From the human T2T-CHM13v2.0 reference genome, Homo sapiens, in the NCBI GenBank assembly GCA_009914755.4, contig CP086569.2, forward strand, positions 5,376,001-5,440,000: 64,000 bases of DNA. Direction: 5' to 3'. The position numbers and the translations under genes were made by a program. This document shows positions 57,778 to 64,000 of the stretch, one piece after another. Position 1 is the stretch's first letter; every line of letters begins with the position of its first letter. The notes below the pieces were generated by a model. It had not been told where the DNA came from, did no database searches, and saw only the letters and a program-made list of their open reading frames with translations.

Positions 57778-59375
57778 TGATAATAGTACCTTGCAACCTC
57801 TAATACTGAATTCATTTATCAGATTTAGGAATCTTCTGGCAGAATCTTTAGAGATTTCTAGGCATAAAGTCATATTATCAGCCAACAGAAGTAGGTTGAC
57901 TTCCTACATTTTTTTGTCAGTTTGGATGTTCTTTATTTCTTTCTCTTGCCTGATTGCTCTGGGTAGGACTTTCAGTACTATGTTGAATAGAAGTGCTGAA
58001 AGTGGGCATCTTTGTCTTGTTCCAGTTCTGAAGGTAAATGCTTTCACCTTTTCCACGTCAAGTATGATGATGGCTGTGTGTTTGTCATATATGGACTTTA
58101 TCATTTTATTGTATTATTTTACTTAATTATTTTAATATTTTGAGGTATGTTATTTCTATGTGTAGTTTGTTGAGGGATAAAGAGATGCTAGATTTTATCA
58201 AATGCTTTTTCTGGAACTATTGAGATGATCATATGATTTTTGTTTTTAATTCTGTTTATGTGATGAATCATATTTATTGACGTGCATATGTTAAAACATC
58301 CCTTCGTCCCTGAAAGGAAATCCACTTGTTCCTGGCAAATTATTTTTTGACATGCTGTTGAATTTCATTTGCTAGCATTTTCTTGAGGTTTTTTGCGTCT
58401 ATGTTAACCAGGAATGTTTTCTGTAGCTTTGTTTTCCTTCCTTTGTTGTCATTTTCTGATTTTAAGATTAGGGTAATACTGGTTCCTAAAAAGCAGTTAA
58501 GGAGGAGTTCCTCCATCTCAATATTTTGAAATAATATCAGTAGCATTGGTAATAATTCTTCTTTAAGTGTCTAGTAAAATTTAGTTCTGAATGCATTTAG
58601 CCCTGGGATTCTTTTGTTGTTGGCAGTTTCTGTTTGTTTGTTTGTTTGTTTGTTTGTTTTATTACTGTTTCAATCTCAATGCTTGTTACTGGCTTCTTCA
58701 GAATTTCTGTTTCTTCCTAAGTTAAGCTAGGGTGAATTATGTGTTTTCAGAAATCTAACGATTAGCTCTGGATTTTCTAGTTTGTTTGCATAGAGGTGCT
58801 CATAGCAGTTCGAATGATCTTTTGTATTTATGTAGTGACATTGTAATGTCTTTATTTTCATTTCTTATTCAGCTTATTTGAATATTCTCTTTTTTTCTTA
58901 GTTAATATACCTAGTAATTTGTCAATTTTGTTCATCTTTTCCAAGAACCAGCTTTTGTTCTATTGATCTTTTGCATATTTTGCTTCAATTTTATTTAGTT
59001 GTGCTCTGATATGTGTTTTTTCTTTTCTTCTACAAGTTTTGAGTTCGATTTGTTTTTGTTTCTCTAGTTCCTTGAGATGTGAGATGAGGTTGTCGAATTG
59101 TTATCTTTCAGACTTTCTGATGTAGGCATTTAGCAATATAAACATTCCTCTTAGCACTGCTTTTGCTATATCTCAGAGGTTTTGATAACTGTGTCAGTTA
59201 TATAACTCATTTTGAATAGTTTTAAAAATTTGCATCTTAATTTCATTTTTAATTCAATAATCATTTAGGAGCAGATTGTTTAATTTTTATGTATTTGTAT
59301 AGTTTTGAGTGTTTCTTTTGCAATTGATTTCTAGTTTTATTTTGCTGTGATTTAAGATACTTATCGCTTTAATAC

Positions 59376-62040
59376 ATAGTGCTGGGATAACTGGCTAGCC
59401 ACATGCAGAAGATTAAAACTGAACTCCTTCCTTACACCATATATAAAAACTAACTCAAGATACATTAAAGACTCAAATGTAAAACCCAAAACTACAAAAT
59501 CCCTGTAAGACAATGTAGGCAATACCATTCAGTTCATAGGCAGGGACAAAGATGTTATGACGAAGATTCTAAAAGCAATTGCAACAAAAGCAAAAATTGT
59601 CAAATGGAGTATGATTAAATTAAAGAGCTTCTGCACAGCAAAATAAACTACCAACAGACTAAACAGACATCCTACAGAATGGGATAACATTTTTTCAAAC
59701 TGTCCATCCTACAAAGGTCTAATATCCAGTGTCTAAACTTAAGCAAATGCACAGGTAAAAAACAACCTCATAAAAAGTGGGCAATGGACAAGAACAGAAA
59801 ATTTTCCAAAGAAGACATACATGCAGGCAACAATCATATGAGAAAAAGCACAACATCACTGATTATTAGAGAAATGCAAATCAAAATCACAATGAGATAC
59901 CATCTCACAGCAGTGAGAACGACTATTATTAAAAAGTCAAAAATAACAGATGCTGGCAAGGTTGTGGATAGAAAGAAATGCTCACACACTGTTGATGGGA
60001 GGGTAAATTAGTTTAACCATTGTGGAAGACAGTGACAATTTCTCAAAGACCTAAAGACAGAAATACCTTGTGACCCAGTAATCCCATTACTGGATACATA
60101 CCCAAAGGAATATCAATCATTCTCTTATAAAGACATGCATGTGTATGTTCATTACAGCACTATTCATAATAGCAAAGACATGAAATCAACCTAAATGTCC
60201 ACCAATGGTAGACTAGATAAAATGATGCATATACCTTATGAAATACTATGCAGCCATAAAAATGAATGAAACCATGTCCAAGATAACAGCTGGAGGCCAT
60301 TATCCTTAGAAAACTAACACAAGAACAGAAAATCAAATACAGGATGTTCTCACAAGTGGGAGCTCAATGATGAGAATACATGGACATGTAGAGGGAAACA
60401 ACACACACTAGGGCCTATCAAAAAGTGGAGGTTGGGAAGAGGGAGAAGATCAGGAAAAATAATAATTAATGGTGATATGGTTTGGCTGTGTCACCACCCA
60501 AATCTCATCTTGAATTCCCATGTGTGGTGGGAGAGACCCAGTGGGAGGTAAATGAATCATGGGGGCAGGTCTTTCCTGTGCTGTTCTGGTGATAGTGAAT
60601 AAGTCTCACAAGATCTGATGAGTGTACAAGGGGAAGTTTCCCTGCACAAGCTCTCTTCTCTCTGCCGCCATGTGAGAATGCGCCTTTCACCTTCAGCCAT
60701 GATTGTGAGGCCTCCTCGGACACGTGGAAATGTAAGTCCATTAAACCTCTTTCTTTTGTAAATTGCCCAGTCTCACCTAGGTCTTTATGAGCAGCATGAA
60801 AACAGACTAATATGGTAAATTGTGTGGTACCACTAGAGTAAGGCACTGCTGAAAAGTTACCCGAAAATGTGGAAGGGACTTTGGAACTGTGTAACAGGAA
60901 TGGGCTGGAACAGTTTGGAGGGCTCAGAAGAAGACAGAAAAATGTGGGAAAATTTGAACTTCTTAGAGACTTGGTGAATGGCTTTGACCAAAATGCTGAT
61001 AATGATATGGACAATAAACTCCATGCTGAGGTGATCTCAGATGGAAATGAGGAACTTGTTGGGAACTGGAGCAATGATGACTCTTGTTATGTTTTAGCAA
61101 AGAGACTAGTGGTATTTGCCCCTGCCCTAGGGTTTTGTAGAGCTTTTAACTTGAGAGAGATGATTCAGGGTATCTGGTGGAAGAAATTTCTAAGCATCAA
61201 AACATTCAAGGGGTGACCTGGGTGCTGTCAAAGGCATTCAGTTTTAAAAGGGAAACAGAGCATAAAAGTATAGAAAATTTGCACCCCGACAATGGAAAAG
61301 AAAAGAAAATCCAATTTTCTGAGGAGAAATTCAAGCTGGCTGCAGCAATTTGCATATGTAAGAAGTAGCCTAAGGTTAATCCCTAAGAAAATGGAGAAAA
61401 TGTCTCCAGGGCATTTCAGAGGGCTTCACAAAGACCCTCTCATCATAGACCTGGAGGCCTAGGAGGAACAAGTGGTTTCATGGGCCAGACCCAGAGTCCC
61501 TGTGCTGTGTGCAGCCTAGGGAATTGGTGCTCTGTGTCCCATTCACTCCAGCTGTGGCTGAAAGGGGCCAACATAGGGCTTTCACTGTGGCTGCACAGGG
61601 TGCAAGCCTCAAGCATTGGCAGCTTCCATGTGGTGTTGAGCCTGCCAGTGCACAGAAGTCAAGAACTGGGGTTTGGGAACCACCACCTACATTTCAGATA
61701 TATGGAAACACCTTGGAGATCTGAAGAGTATATAAGGGGGAGTTTCTTTTCTCTTTTCTTGCTCTCTTTTCTTGTCTGCCTCTATGTTAGAAGTGCCTTT
61801 CAACTTCTGCCATGATTGTGAGGCCTCTCCAGCCACGTTGAACTCTAAGTCCATTAAGCCTCTTTCTTTTGTAAATCGCCCAGTCTTGGGTAGGTCTTTA
61901 CCATCAGTGTGAAAATGGACTAATAAAAATGGGTACTAGGTTTAATACCTGGGTGATGAAATGATCTGTACAACAAACCCCCATGACACATTTACCTATG
62001 TAACAAACCTGAACGTGTATCCCTGAACTAAAAGTAAATC
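59376..62040 (+). mobile_element. plus-strand L1 (L1PB/L1MA-like) 3' fragment (ORF2 C-terminus + 3'UTR, ~1.2 kb of L1 sequence) nested in the minus-strand L1 and itself split by THE1 copy 3
   Basis: 59380-60472 translates as the ORF2 C-terminus ('...[37 protein letters not shown]...', ORF 59784-60011) and ends '...ggaaaaataataattaatgg'. The same L1 3'UTR resumes at 61928 'gtactaggtttaatacctgggtgatgaaatgatctgtacaacaaacccccatgacacatttacctatgtaacaaacctgaacgtgtatccctgaactaaaagtaaa'. Confidence 0.8.
60473..61927 (+). mobile_element. THE1 (ERVL-MaLR) copy 3, with an internal deletion removing the 3' half of the internal region and the first ~150 bp of the 3' LTR
   Basis: 5' LTR 60473-60830 'tgatatggtttggctgtgtcaccacccaaatctcatcttgaattcccatgtgtggtgggagag...gcatgaaaacagactaatatgg'. 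THE1 internal ('...aaattgtgtggtaccactagagtaaggcactgctgaaaagttacccgaaaatgtggaag...') is joined at ~61700 directly to LTR sequence '...gaagagtatataagggggag...ctgccatgattgtgaggcctctccagccacgttgaactctaagtccattaagcctctttcttttgtaaatcgcccagtcttgggtaggtctttaccatcagtgtgaaaatggactaata'. 5-bp TSD 'aatgg' at both ends. Confidence 0.88.
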
Positions 62041-64000
62041 TTTAAAACAATATTCTTTTCCCTTATAATTTTGAAATAAAAATAGAATATTTCTATAAAA
62101 AATTTTGATTTTGAAGAATTTATTGAGGCTTGTTGTGTGTCCTTTAATATGGTTTGTCTTGGAGAATGTTCTGTGTGCTGATGAGAAAAATGTATATTCT
62201 ACAGTACTTGAATATAATGATCTGTAAATGTTTGTTATAGCCAGTTGTTCTAGAGTACAGGTTAAGTCCAATGTTTCTTTGTTGACTTTCTGCCTTAATT
62301 ATCAACCTCATGCAGTCAATGGAGTGCTGAAGTCCCCCACTGTGATTGTGTTGTGGTCTCTTTACTCAGGTCTAGTAGTAATTGTTTTATGAATCTGATA
62401 GCTCAGAGATTAAGTGTATATATATTTATAATTGTGATATCTACTTATCAAGTTGATCCTTTCTTCATTATATAATGATCATCTTTGTCTTTTTTTTTTA
62501 ACTGTTGTTGCTTTGAAGTCTGTTTTATCTTACAAAAGAACAGCTATTCCTGCTTATTTTTGGTTTCAATTTGTGTGAAATATCTTTCTCCACCCCTTTG
62601 CCTTGAGTATATAAAAATCCTTATGTCTTAGGTACATTTCCTGAAGAAAGCAGATATTTGGTTTACGTATTTTCAGCTAGTCTATCTGTATTTTTTTAAT
62701 GAAATATTTAGACCATTTAAATTCTACATAAATACTGAGCTCAGAGGTTCCATGCCAGTCATCATGTTGATTTTTACCTAGTAACTTCGTTTTCTTCATT
62801 GTGGTATTGTTTTAAGACTGGTAGTTTTTATGCTTTCAGGAGTTTTTATTCTGGTGTGTATTGACCTTTTATTTGAAGATGTAGAACTCCTTTTAGAATT
62901 TATTGTAAAACTGATATAACATTGACAAATTTCCTCAGTATTTGCTTGTCTGAGAAAAACTTTATTTCATCTTCATTTATAAAATAGTTTTGCTGGATAC
63001 AAAATTCTTGGCTTACAGTTATTCAGTTTAAGGAGATTAAAGACAGGACTACAATCACTTCTGGCTTGTAAGGTTTCTGCTGAGAAGTCTGCAGTTAGTC
63101 TGATAGTTTTCCTTTTAGGTTACCTGGCGTTTTTGTCTCATTGCTCTTAGAATTCTTTCTTTCACATGGATTTTAGATAGCCTGATAACTGATAAGATAG
63201 CTTGTGATGCCCTTTTCTCAATAAGTCTCACAGGAGTTTAAGCTTCTTATATTTGTGTGTCTAAAAACTCTAGGGAGACGAGGAAAGTTTGTCTTAATTA
63301 TTTCCTCAAATAGGTTTGTCAAACATTTTGCTTTTTCTTTTCCCTAAGAACACCTATAATTCTTAGATTTGGGCATTTTACATAATCCCATTTTTCTTGC
63401 AGATGTTGTTAATTTCTTTTAATTCTTTTTAAAAATTTTTTTGTCTGTTTGCATTAATTTGAATGCCTTGTCTTTGATCTCTGAAATTTCTTCTTCTACT
63501 TGTTCTAGTTGAATGTTAAAACTTTCCATTGCAGTTTGTATTTCCCTAATTGTTTCTTCTATTTCCAGAAGGTCTGATTGGTTTTTCTTCAAAGTAGCTA
63601 TCTCTTTAGAAAATTTTTTATTTGGATCCTGAATTAAAAAAAAAAATTCTTTAAGTTGGTTTTAACCTTTCTCTTCTGTCCTCAAGTAAGTTAGTAACCA
63701 AACTTTTGAATTTTTATCTGGTATTCCAAATATTTTATTTTGATTTGGATCTACTGCTGGAGAGTTATTTGGGGAGAAGGAATTATATAGGATCTTGTTT
63801 TTTCATATTGCTAGAAATACTTATTTGGTTCCTTCTCATTTGGGTAAACCTTTTCTTTTCATTATTTTGAATTTATTTTTTATTCAACTAGGTTTTCTAT
63901 TTTTTTCCCCTTGAGGATGTGACATTAATGTTTATAGTTTATTGTCACCTAGTTTTGACTCTGGGTGATTTCATTGGAGAAGTCTCAATTTGAGTTCCTT

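Noticed and set aside
60505-61074. 189-aa minus-strand ORF, the second-longest in the track
   Set aside because: It lies entirely within the THE1 copy 3 LTR/internal region on the antisense strand and is low-complexity (S/P/F-rich). A chance frame in a repeat.
61928-64000. Apparent L1 'twin-priming' inversion (plus-strand 3' end directly followed by minus-strand ORF2 sequence), similar to the pattern at 1241-1475
   Set aside because: The order of segments is wrong for twin priming, which places the inverted piece 5' of the direct polyA-bearing piece. Both cases are fully explained by a younger plus-strand L1 fragment inserted into an older minus-strand L1 whose sequence is colinear across the insert.

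Overview
No previously undescribed biological system was found in this window. It is not a prokaryotic or accessory-genome locus: the sequence is catarrhine primate (human-like) nuclear DNA, and roughly two thirds of it is recognisable interspersed repeats. About 40-45% is LINE-1 of several ages, in both orientations and often nested. There are also three THE1 (ERVL-MaLR) proviral copies, a further MaLR element with both LTRs, a solo MaLR LTR, six Alu elements, one full-length Hsmar1 mariner, and a gamma-retrovirus-like ERV remnant with a tRNA-Pro primer-binding site. Several microsatellites and a ~290-bp polypyrimidine tract are also present. There are no CRISPR arrays, operons, rRNA/tRNA genes or defence-island architecture. 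The single host-gene feature is a plus-strand terminal coding exon (41296-41966) behind a good 3' splice acceptor. It encodes a repeat-rich C-terminal tail (36-bp / 12-aa 'HSPP'-type units) that I recognise from memory as the end of the cytoplasmic domain of protocadherin-11 (PCDH11X on Xq21.3, or its Y gametolog PCDH11Y in the X-transposed region); the stop codon is followed by 3'UTR. The extreme L1 density fits an X-linked or X-transposed location. The ORF track treats GTG/TTG as start codons in the prokaryotic manner, and almost every ORF it lists is a decayed transposable-element reading frame (L1 ORF1/ORF2, THE1 internal, Hsmar1 transposase) or an Alu/LTR artefact. All repeat-family names and the PCDH11 assignment come from recall of consensus sequences, not from a search, and boundaries are approximate (+/- 10-30 bp).
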